Shown: positions 27,956-36,617 of the stretch, piece after piece
How positions within the stretch are numbered: the first letter of the stretch is position 1
Layout of the letters: every line of letters begins with the position of its first letter
Virus record (IMG/VR): IMGVR_UViG_3300035685_000003
Coordinates: 9,421-73,420 of that record
Strand: one strand, 5' to 3'
DNA: 64,000 bases
Source of the DNA: a virus
The notes under the pieces: model-generated
Seen by the model: only the letters and a program-made list of their open reading frames with translations
The model's database searches: none
Told to the model about the DNA's origin: nothing
Position numbers and translations under genes: made by a program

Positions 27956-28563
27956 ACAACTTGGTAAATTATATTACTGCGATCGCTCCTGAACTTCCAC
28001 CAATTAGCGCTCAATTGTATGAGTATATTTTTGCTGCTAATGGTGTTTTTCTCCGAGCCAAACGTTCTGGCATTGAAATTATGTGGGCGATTGGTTCTGC
28101 TCAAGTTCGTGGTTTGGCTACACTTGAACCTTACTTGGTTTGGGAGGGTAACAAAATACCGACATATTTATTGAATCAAATGCTGCGTGAATCCCAAATA
28201 AATATCAACGAAGTTCTTTGGTATTTGTGGCAAGAAACTGACTGGATTTTGTCAAAGCCCAATCAAATATCATCGCCTACTTCTGTCGTTCCAATTTATC
28301 GAAATCTCATAAACACAGACTACGAAAAAGCCTTAATAGAAGTTCATTCACACGGAAATATGCCCCCAGTCCCTTCGGCTACTGATAATGCTGACGAGCA
28401 AGGATTTCGGATTTATGTAATTTTAGGATGCGTTAATTCATTTCCTCAAATTAGTGTTCGAGTTGGACTAGCTGGTTATTTTTGTCCAATTCCTGCATAT
28501 ATGATTTTTGAAGATTTTGATAAACTCTCTATTCAGGATATTCATGAACCACGCAAGTATTGA
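27952..28563 (+). CDS. JAB/MPN peptidase (PRTRC protein A type)
   Basis: AANGVF, NE, EVHSHG...S.TDNADE. Confidence 0.85.
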   Translation: MNNLVNYITAIAPELPPISAQLYEYIFAANGVFLRAKRSGIEIMWAIGSAQVRGLATLEPYLVWEGNKIPTYLLNQMLRESQININEVLWYLWQETDWILSKPNQISSPTSVVPIYRNLINTDYEKALIEVHSHGNMPPVPSATDNADEQGFRIYVILGCVNSFPQISVRVGLAGYFCPIPAYMIFEDFDKLSIQDIHEPRKY

Positions 28564-29371
28564 TACTTCATTTTTGGATTCTGTTCCGTTCCTTGTTCCT
28601 GAGTGGGAACATATTGAATTTATCCTTGTTGGCTGTGGCGGTACGGGGAGCCATTGCGCCTATGCGATTGCCCGATTAATGTATGCGATTAATCTTGCTG
28701 GTAAAATATCCAGTGCTACTTTTGTGGATTTCGATATTGTAGAAGAGAAGAATATCCTTCGACAGCTTTTTTGCCCCGCAGATTTAGGCTTTCCAAAATC
28801 CCAGATATTAGCCCATCGATTGAGCTTGAACTTAGGATTAAATATTGCGGCTATCAACAAACCTTTTGATGTGGGAATGATTAATATGAGCCAAGGTAAT
28901 GGGTTGAATCTGATTGTGGTCATTGGTTGTGTTGACAACCACCAAGCTAGGATTAGCCTCGCTCAGACCTTAGATTTGAATATCCCTGGAATGGCTTGTC
29001 GCGTACTGTGGATAGACGGAGGGAATCACGAACAATCAGGGCAGGTGTTGTTAGGAAACACCGCAACGGCTAAGGATTTGAGTAAGTATGCATTCCCCGC
29101 AAATTCAGGCTTTTGCGTGGGATTACCAAGCCCAGCATTAATCCACCCCGAATTGCTTGTTGAACAACAATTCTCTTTGACTCAAAGTGTAAGCTGTGCA
29201 GAACAAATAAATGCTCAATCTTTATCTGTTAACTTGCGCGTTGCTGCGGAGATTAATGATTATTTAAGAGGAATAGTCTTCGGGAGATTGCGTAGATTTG
29301 CGACTTACTTTGATTTGCCATCTGGTAGCTCTAGCTCAATTTACATTACTAAAACAAATGTTTTGATATAA
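28544..29371 (+). CDS. ThiF/E1-like adenylyltransferase
   Basis: LVGCGGTGS, DFDIVEEKNILRQ, IGCVDN, WIDGGN, GQV, SCAE. Confidence 0.9.
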   Translation: MNHASIDTSFLDSVPFLVPEWEHIEFILVGCGGTGSHCAYAIARLMYAINLAGKISSATFVDFDIVEEKNILRQLFCPADLGFPKSQILAHRLSLNLGLNIAAINKPFDVGMINMSQGNGLNLIVVIGCVDNHQARISLAQTLDLNIPGMACRVLWIDGGNHEQSGQVLLGNTATAKDLSKYAFPANSGFCVGLPSPALIHPELLVEQQFSLTQSVSCAEQINAQSLSVNLRVAAEINDYLRGIVFGRLRRFATYFDLPSGSSSSIYITKTNVLI

Positions 29372-29455
29372 CTTGTTCCTCAGTAATTATATTGATGGAA
29401 TATTAATCAAATCGTGCCAAATTATTAATAGCCTGTGGCACGATTTAAATAAGTT

Positions 29456-29773
29456 ATGGCAACAAACAAAGATTTACCAATAAAAAAAGGGGGTTCAGAG
29501 GATTACAACCGCCAAAACCAAGGAATTACTTTGGATTTTGGAGCTACAAAGATTCATCTCGATCCTTTAGAATTATTATTATTATTGTTGCTGGCATTAC
29601 CTATTGGCATCATGATTAGAGACGCATCAAAAGCAACTTTTGAAGATGCGATGAAGCAAGTTGTAACTGTGATGACGACAGTAATTGGAATTCGCAAATT
29701 ACCCACCAACAAAGCTTATCAATTTTTATCAACAGTATCTTTTGATCCCAAGAAAAAAGAGGATGAACAATAA
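29456..29773 (+). CDS. Small membrane protein (possible holin)
   Basis: Hydrophobic LLLLLLLALPIGIM segment and a second amphipathic helix; charged C-terminus. Confidence 0.5.
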   Translation: MATNKDLPIKKGGSEDYNRQNQGITLDFGATKIHLDPLELLLLLLLALPIGIMIRDASKATFEDAMKQVVTVMTTVIGIRKLPTNKAYQFLSTVSFDPKKKEDEQ

Positions 29774-30299
29774 TTTAAGCCAGTGCTTGACCAAGCAAAC
29801 TACTTTAACAGACTTATATTGCGATTACTGCATATACTCGGAATTATGCGCCGCAGGAAATATCAACCTCCTGTTATCAAGAGCGAATATACCAGTACCT
29901 TTTGCAGGCTGCTATTATTGGAAAACACCACAGCCAGTTCCGTCGCCATCTGGCGGGGAGTATTGCAATATGCCCCTTTCGACTTCTTACTTACCTGTGA
30001 TCGACTCGATCGATCACTTACAACAGCTAGACGATCATCAACAGTATCTACAGGAACTACTAGGAAACAGTTACTACCCCCTAGAGATTTCGCCTTTACA
30101 GAGCATCCGTTTGCAACTCACCAAATTGCAATTAGCCGCATTAGCCGCTATCCCGTTAACAATCAAATTAAAGTTGAGTGCTTGGGGATGTGGCACTTGG
30201 ATTTGGTGGGCATCACAGGGATTGCATGGAGCGCAGGCGATCGCTTTGCTTTGGCTGTTATCAGATCGTGCGCCTTCGATTTACTCAAAAATCATGTAG
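29763..30299 (+). CDS. Hypothetical protein; an alternative frame 29783-30382 overlaps it
   Basis: ATG overlaps the upstream gene end after GAGG; coding frame ambiguous. Confidence 0.35.
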   Translation: MNNNLSQCLTKQTTLTDLYCDYCIYSELCAAGNINLLLSRANIPVPFAGCYYWKTPQPVPSPSGGEYCNMPLSTSYLPVIDSIDHLQQLDDHQQYLQELLGNSYYPLEISPLQSIRLQLTKLQLAALAAIPLTIKLKLSAWGCGTWIWWASQGLHGAQAIALLWLLSDRAPSIYSKIM

Positions 30300-30378
30300 A
30301 CGATTTGGAGTGGACGACTCGAATTGACCTTCATGCTCGGAAGGTTATCGACCAAAACCACAATGCGATTGGTAAAAC

Positions 30379-31923
30379 TTAGCCAAACTCTAAATTCATA
30401 TACTGTTTCACCCATTCCAAATCCTTGCTAGACCGTAGAGCTTGTCTTTGCAAGTAAGCGCGGTAAACATTTTTTTGATTATCAGATGGGTTCTCGCCAA
30501 AAATAGCTCCCTTGGTAATATTGGGAGTGGGAGTGCTGCCAAACTTTTGATGAAACAACGCGATCGCATTCCCCGGCGGTAGCTCTTTTCTGAATGAGCG
30601 CTGGGCTGCTTCCCGATAAAAAGCAATTCCGTTTTCTAGTTCAACGCTTCCATCAGGCACTCGTGAGGGCGCTAAAGCAACCATTGAGTAGTTGTAATTT
30701 GCTTTTTTATTTTTGACGGGGAACTGATACGAGCAGTGGGGGCAAACCATAACTGACAAATGCAGCAAAGCGCCACATCCCCCCTTTTCCCGCGAACAAG
30801 CTTTTATTGGTGCTGTCCCTTGAGAGGATGGCTTGTCTTTGTCCAGGGTTACATTTTGCCTTGAGGTCACAAAACCAAAACGGTAGGCATTACCAGCGTA
30901 ATCTAGCACGATGCAATATTCTTTACCTGGATGCTTCCTCGATCCCCTACCGATTTGCTGGCGATATTTAATTTGCGACATCGTGGGACGCGCTTGAATT
31001 ATGCAAGCTACACTTGGTTCGTCGAACCCTTTTTCCAAAACATCAACACTGATTAAGATTTGCGGATCAAACTTACCGCTCCTGGCAAACCCAGCATAAA
31101 TCGGTGGTCGCGCATCATTCTCTAACCTGCCATCAACACAGACCGCATTGTACCCTTTGGCTTGAAAAGTGGCTTGCAACCTATCGCTGTGATCCAAGGA
31201 AACGGTGTAAGCGATCGTTTTAAGGTGACTTGCTTTTTGTTCCCATTCGTCAACAATTTGCTCACAAGCTAAATCGGTATCGACAACTACAGCTAAATCT
31301 TCCCTGTCATAATCCCCTTTGGTTTTGCGAACCCGACTTAAATCCAACTTTGGAAAACCAAAGTACCTGAAAGGACATAGCCGCCCCATCTCAATTAAGT
31401 CTGCCATCTGTGGAGCTTGGACAAGGCAATCATATATTTCCCCTAACCCCTCCTTCGGATTTGTGCGGTATGGGGTGGCCGTTAACCCGATGACCACAGA
31501 TCCCATCTGCCAGTAGTACTCAAGAACTTTGCGCCAAGTTGGTGAATAACTAACGTGGGCTTCGTCAGCGAAGACGATTTCAGCTAAAGGAAATTTGCGA
31601 TTAATTAAAGTATCAATACCAGCAATTTGTAATTTATGGCTGCGGTCTTCTTTGCGACCGCTTTTGATGACACCACACTTCAATCCAAATTTATTAGCTG
31701 TTTTTATTGTCTGATCTATTAGTGGTTCATCAGGGACGATGAACAAACAAGGCATCCCAGCTTTAACAGCATAAGATATTAATTCGGTCGCAATTGTTGT
31801 TTTTCCTGCACCTGTTTCGGCGTAAATTAAAATTCTTTTTTTGTCTTGTTTTATTAACTTTAAAACTTCTTCTATGACTGCTTTTTGATCGTCATAGAGT
31901 ACTGGCTTGGTTACTTTCTGCAT
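30379..31923 (-). CDS. SF2 DEAD/DEAH helicase with zinc finger
   Basis: AETGAGKT, DEAH, TATP, QQIGRGSR, C-terminal CxxC. Confidence 0.92.
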   Translation of the reverse strand: MQKVTKPVLYDDQKAVIEEVLKLIKQDKKRILIYAETGAGKTTIATELISYAVKAGMPCLFIVPDEPLIDQTIKTANKFGLKCGVIKSGRKEDRSHKLQIAGIDTLINRKFPLAEIVFADEAHVSYSPTWRKVLEYYWQMGSVVIGLTATPYRTNPKEGLGEIYDCLVQAPQMADLIEMGRLCPFRYFGFPKLDLSRVRKTKGDYDREDLAVVVDTDLACEQIVDEWEQKASHLKTIAYTVSLDHSDRLQATFQAKGYNAVCVDGRLENDARPPIYAGFARSGKFDPQILISVDVLEKGFDEPSVACIIQARPTMSQIKYRQQIGRGSRKHPGKEYCIVLDYAGNAYRFGFVTSRQNVTLDKDKPSSQGTAPIKACSREKGGCGALLHLSVMVCPHCSYQFPVKNKKANYNYSMVALAPSRVPDGSVELENGIAFYREAAQRSFRKELPPGNAIALFHQKFGSTPTPNITKGAIFGENPSDNQKNVYRAYLQRQALRSSKDLEWVKQYMNLEFG

Positions 31924-32041
31924 TTATTTGTCAGCGATCAGTTAGTTGCCTCCATTTTAAAAATTAAGTTAGTTTGTGACATAAGAGAATTTACTGTACT
32001 CGCTTTCGCTTAAGAAAAATAAAATTAGCATATTCCTAAAC

Positions 32042-32057
32042 CAGGAAAATTTTCCTG
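32042..32057. repeat. Dispersed palindrome CAGGAAAATTTTCCTG, copy 4
   Basis: Exact core in the divergent intergenic region. Confidence 0.95.
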
Positions 32058-32086
32058 GATGCCTCCAAGGGGACTGTTAAAAAGAA

Positions 32087-32908
32087 ATGACATTGATAGA
32101 AGGGCTAACGCCAGCAGGGAAAAGGCGGTCTTTGCGAGTAACTGAAGAAGGCGATATTTTCCTGTTCAAACCTGAACCTACTGATATTGTTGCCCAACCC
32201 ATATCAGTTACGACACTTCCATTACCCAATGGCGCAGCTACTAACGCAACTTTAGAGCAGGTGCGGGATGCCATAAAAGCGAGTCTCGACGTTGCCTCTA
32301 CCATTTGGACGGACGATACTGGCGCTTTTTATGTCCGCCGCGACCTAGTGAACCAAGGTACTGGCACAATAATGGTTGCCTTTACAACCCCCGCAGGCGA
32401 CGCCGCATCTCCAGGCGCAGGATTACGCCCACTGGCCTCTACAGATAAGGATACAATTACTGACTTTTATGACGTGCTTGCCGGAGGTACCGGCTATTCT
32501 ATTGGTGATTTGCTCGCCCGTGTAGCAATAGTAGATGTAAATAGCGGTACTCCTTCTGTCACTGCTGTATGGCTTAATTTATCACTGGGTACAGTCCTCG
32601 GCTCTACACCTACAAATATTGAACGGGCAAACGAGAATGTCGGCGCGAGGCAAATCGGAAACTGGACTGTAAGCCTTCCTAGTGGGACAGCCGTACCGCT
32701 TTTTACTTCCAGCAGTACTAGTGGAGCGATCGCGGCTGGCAGAATTTCAATTTCTTTTAGCAACTTTGGTAATGCAGCAGGCACTTTATTAGGCGCTTCA
32801 CTTCCTGCTGGTGCTGTTGTTTCTTTTGCTGCCCCACCTGGGCAAACTTTAGGGGCGTTTACCTTCGATGCAAGCGGGACGACCTTCTTAATTGGAGGGT
32901 TGCAGTAA
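32087..32908 (+). CDS. Putative virion structural protein
   Basis: Thr/Gly/Ala-rich; TAATG overlap with the tail fibre gene. Confidence 0.55.
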   Translation: MTLIEGLTPAGKRRSLRVTEEGDIFLFKPEPTDIVAQPISVTTLPLPNGAATNATLEQVRDAIKASLDVASTIWTDDTGAFYVRRDLVNQGTGTIMVAFTTPAGDAASPGAGLRPLASTDKDTITDFYDVLAGGTGYSIGDLLARVAIVDVNSGTPSVTAVWLNLSLGTVLGSTPTNIERANENVGARQIGNWTVSLPSGTAVPLFTSSSTSGAIAAGRISISFSNFGNAAGTLLGASLPAGAVVSFAAPPGQTLGAFTFDASGTTFLIGGLQ

Positions 32909-35900
32909 TGACTACTTTAATTCATCTATTAAGGGCGATCGCAGTAAGATTTAGCCCTACGGGAAACCTTACTTCTACAGATGTACAAAGTGCGATCGCT
33001 GAAGAGGACACAAGGGTAACTACACTTGATATTGCGAATGTAAAAACTACTGGTAATCAAACTATTGGCGGTAATAAAACTTTTAGTGGTGATTTAACTG
33101 CTAATAGTTATACTGCTGCACTAACCGCTAATACTAATGTTTTGAATATTAGTCAAAATGCTGGAGGAAGAACACTTCAGTTTGGTACAAATGGACTTGT
33201 CAATAGTAGCATAGGCACTTTTGGTAGCCTAACAAATGGTGGCTTTGGAATGCTCGAAGTCAACACGACAGCAGCAAGGACAGGGGTTTGGGTAAAAGGT
33301 GCAGCATCCCAAACATCCAATCTAATAGAAGCGAGAAATAGTGCCAACGCCACACTTTTTTCAGTATCCCCAGCAGGTGCGATCGCAGTTTCGGACACTA
33401 CAAATTCTACTTCAAGCGCAAGTGGAAGTATCACAACTCTTGGTGGAATTGGTGCGGCTGGAGATATTAGAAGTGGTGGACTAGTTACTGCTACTAATTT
33501 TTCAGCTACTGCGGCAGCGATCGCACCGCTTATTAGAGGAAATGATGGCTCAGGGACTAATGTTAGTGCCCCCAATCTAGCAATAAGACCGGGCTTTAGC
33601 ACTGGTAATTCTTTGCCAGCTCCTATACTTTTTTCTACAAGTGACCCAACAACTTCGGGTAGTACTTTACAAAGTGCTACTGAGAAAATGCGGTTGTCTA
33701 GTGCAGGCAATCTCCTAATAGGAACCACTACAGATAATAGCACTGACAAACTTCAAGTAAACGGCCCTACTTCAATTCAAAGTTGGAGGAAGCAAGCGTT
33801 AACTGCTGTTGGTTTAGCTGATTTAGTTAACTTTGTAATCTTACTTCATCCTAGATATGTTGCCACTGATTTAGCTCTTAATTACTGTGTAGGTAAATTT
33901 TATTTATCTAGAGGACAGACACTTGCTACAAGCATAATTTCTACACTTGATATAAATAGCCAATCAGCTTATAGAAGTAATAATGCCAATTTAGATGTTA
34001 ATTCAGCTTCTGCCTCTGGAAATCCTCAATTTGATTTAGTAACTTGTACGTACCAGTCAATAGATTGGATTGCTGTTAGATGCTCTGGTTTGACTTCAGG
34101 TTACGCTGCTGCTGATTTTTCTTTTGAAGGGTTACATAAAGTAAGCGCAGGCAGTTCTTTCGCACTGAATGTAGTTGGATATTTAAATAACTCCACTACT
34201 GCTGTTGTTAATGCTGAAATTAATAGTAGTATTGCTGCATTTACGCCCAATATTACTAAAGCTATTCAGGCTAATATTCTTCAAAGTGGCAGTGGATTGA
34301 CAGCCAATTTTACTGATACTGCTAATAGCAGAAATATTATAATAACCCCTGGCAGTGGAGCAATCGATAGTTCAAATGCAACACTTTCCTTTAATAGATT
34401 TGCTGCTCAACCCGTTGCCGTTGGGGCTTCTAGTGATTCACGATTGAGAGTAGGTCAAGGTGGATTAACCCTAACGGCATTAGCTCAAATAGATAATACT
34501 ATTGCTGCTGCAAGTGGACTAAGGATTACTGGAGCTAGCGCTCAAACTGCTAATCTTTTTGATGTTAGGAATAACGCTCAGACTACTATTTTCAGTGTAT
34601 CCCCAACAGGTGCGATCGCAATTAGTGACACTACAGTATCAACCTCGTCTGCAAGCGGAAGTTTCGTAACTGCTGGTGGTGCTGGTATTGGTGGTGCGCT
34701 AAATGTTGGCGGGAACACTATTATTACAGGGTCTTTGCTTGTTGGTAGTTCTGGAATTTCTTGCGGTGGACAGTTCGCTGGGGGAACTTTTGCTGGGACG
34801 CTTTATAGGGGATATGCTGCCAGTGGCACTAATGCTGCTGGAGGGAACGTCGAAGTTCGCGCAAGCGCAAGTACAGGTAACGCTATCCCTGGATCGTTAG
34901 TTTTCACAACTTCAGATCCCACTATTTCCGGTAGCACAATTCAGACTTTAACTGAAAAAATGCGCCTTGCTGGTAGTGGCAATTTGTTGATAGGAACTAC
35001 CGCAGATAATGCTACCGACAAACTTCAAGTATCGGGTAGTGCAATTATCACAGGAGTTGTAAAACATACTGACACTACACCTTCCACTGCTTTTAATAAT
35101 GGGTGCGCTACTTTTTTAGGTGGCATTGGTGTTGCTGGTAGCAGTTTTTTTAATAGCAATGTGAACTTAGGTAGTGGTGCAGTTTTAGCTTTAACCACTT
35201 CTAATGCAAGTGATTTACTAACACTAAATAGGGGAGGAGTTACTTTTGGATTGTCGCTCGGAGGTAACAATTTAGTTTTCAAAAATGCTACAACTAATTT
35301 TTTAGCACTTATAACTGCCTCTACCGCTGCCACCCCTACTATCTCTGTTGGCACTCCTGATTCTACAACTATTACGAATGCAACGATTAGGTCTTCCTTT
35401 ATTGCGACACCAGGAAGTTTTACAAATCAAGCAGGCGCAAATCTAACGCTAGCTTCAGGCAACGGAACCGGAACAGGCGCACTACCTTTTATAGATTTTC
35501 AAACTCCTGATTTGCAAGCTAGCGGTACAGGTTTACAGCTTTACTCTAGTAAAGCTAGGCTTACAGGTTTGGGGAATCTCTTAATAGGAACTACTACAGA
35601 TAGTAATTTAGCAAATCTTGAAGTAGTCTCAAGTTCCACAACAAAATCTGCTGCTGTTTTTCGGTCAGTCGCCTCTCACGCTGCTGCTATTCAAGAATGG
35701 CGAGATAGTGCAAATACACTTGTTGCTTCTGTAAATGTAGGGACAGGAGGTATAGGTACTCTTGAAGTATTTGCATCAGGAACTACTAGGAGAGCTGCTC
35801 TTTTTAGAGGGGTGACAGGGCAAACTGCACCTGTTGTAGAGGTTAGAAATAATTCTAATGCAATTACCTTTAACGTTAGCATGGCTGGGATTTCTACAGC

Positions 35901-36051
35901 GTCACAATATAACTTATCTGCACTAAACACTGCTCCTCTATCTGCTACTGACACAGGTACTACTGGTGAGCGTAGACATGATGGTACGTATGATTATATT
36001 TGTATTGCCACCAACACATGGCGCAGGTCGGCGGCTTACACTACTTGGTAA
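32908..36051 (+). CDS. Tail fibre protein
   Basis: GNQTIGGNKTFS; repeated RL...GNLLIGTT modules; C-terminal GTTGE...YDYICIATNTWRR. Confidence 0.8.
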   Translation: MTTLIHLLRAIAVRFSPTGNLTSTDVQSAIAEEDTRVTTLDIANVKTTGNQTIGGNKTFSGDLTANSYTAALTANTNVLNISQNAGGRTLQFGTNGLVNSSIGTFGSLTNGGFGMLEVNTTAARTGVWVKGAASQTSNLIEARNSANATLFSVSPAGAIAVSDTTNSTSSASGSITTLGGIGAAGDIRSGGLVTATNFSATAAAIAPLIRGNDGSGTNVSAPNLAIRPGFSTGNSLPAPILFSTSDPTTSGSTLQSATEKMRLSSAGNLLIGTTTDNSTDKLQVNGPTSIQSWRKQALTAVGLADLVNFVILLHPRYVATDLALNYCVGKFYLSRGQTLATSIISTLDINSQSAYRSNNANLDVNSASASGNPQFDLVTCTYQSIDWIAVRCSGLTSGYAAADFSFEGLHKVSAGSSFALNVVGYLNNSTTAVVNAEINSSIAAFTPNITKAIQANILQSGSGLTANFTDTANSRNIIITPGSGAIDSSNATLSFNRFAAQPVAVGASSDSRLRVGQGGLTLTALAQIDNTIAAASGLRITGASAQTANLFDVRNNAQTTIFSVSPTGAIAISDTTVSTSSASGSFVTAGGAGIGGALNVGGNTIITGSLLVGSSGISCGGQFAGGTFAGTLYRGYAASGTNAAGGNVEVRASASTGNAIPGSLVFTTSDPTISGSTIQTLTEKMRLAGSGNLLIGTTADNATDKLQVSGSAIITGVVKHTDTTPSTAFNNGCATFLGGIGVAGSSFFNSNVNLGSGAVLALTTSNASDLLTLNRGGVTFGLSLGGNNLVFKNATTNFLALITASTAATPTISVGTPDSTTITNATIRSSFIATPGSFTNQAGANLTLASGNGTGTGALPFIDFQTPDLQASGTGLQLYSSKARLTGLGNLLIGTTTDSNLANLEVVSSSTTKSAAVFRSVASHAAAIQEWRDSANTLVASVNVGTGGIGTLEVFASGTTRRAALFRGVTGQTAPVVEVRNNSNAITFNVSMAGISTASQYNLSALNTAPLSATDTGTTGERRHDGTYDYICIATNTWRRSAAYTTW

Positions 36052-36069
36052 TTATTAAGGAATAAAAAG

Positions 36070-36564
36070 ATGGCTCGGCTAATCGACAGAATCCAATTTT
36101 TTCCGCCCAATCCTTTAGAAATTTATTACTATCCTATCTACGAGGTTGAGGGAAAAACTATTAAGGGCGAGTTCACAAAATTTGTATCTGGCAAAGATTA
36201 CACTGAATTTTTAGCAGAATTACAAGCTGAATTAGATAGCGATTCCCCCACGCCAATAACACCTAAGCCTGATTGGGCAGTTTTCAATAGATTAGCTGCT
36301 ACAAGTCCGGTTATTGGGCAAATCCTAACTACAACGGCGAACCAAGCTGCTGCCTTGAGATTACAGCTTATAGGCGCTCCTGCTGGCTATTCTCCTACGG
36401 GCTTGGCTAAGGCTGATTATCCTTTGTTCCAAGGTGCGTGGGAGCAGGTAATTGAAGCACTTCCAGAACCACTAACACCGGAAATGATCGCAGAATTAAA
36501 TGCGATCGCAGCTAGTGCAAACATGGATTTCGTTTTCAACGAAGAGGGCAAAATAGAAATTTAA
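36070..36564 (+). CDS. Putative tail fibre assembly or accessory protein
   Basis: Directly downstream of the fibre gene; AAGGA SD. Confidence 0.5.
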   Translation: MARLIDRIQFFPPNPLEIYYYPIYEVEGKTIKGEFTKFVSGKDYTEFLAELQAELDSDSPTPITPKPDWAVFNRLAATSPVIGQILTTTANQAAALRLQLIGAPAGYSPTGLAKADYPLFQGAWEQVIEALPEPLTPEMIAELNAIAASANMDFVFNEEGKIEI

Positions 36565-36574
36565 CCGCCGCATC

Positions 36575-36590
36575 CAGGAAAATTTTCCTG
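36575..36590. repeat. Dispersed palindrome CAGGAAAATTTTCCTG, copy 5
   Basis: Exact core, extended ATC...GAT. Confidence 0.95.
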
Positions 36591-36617
36591 GATTAAAAAT
36601 AGTCAGCTATACATCAG

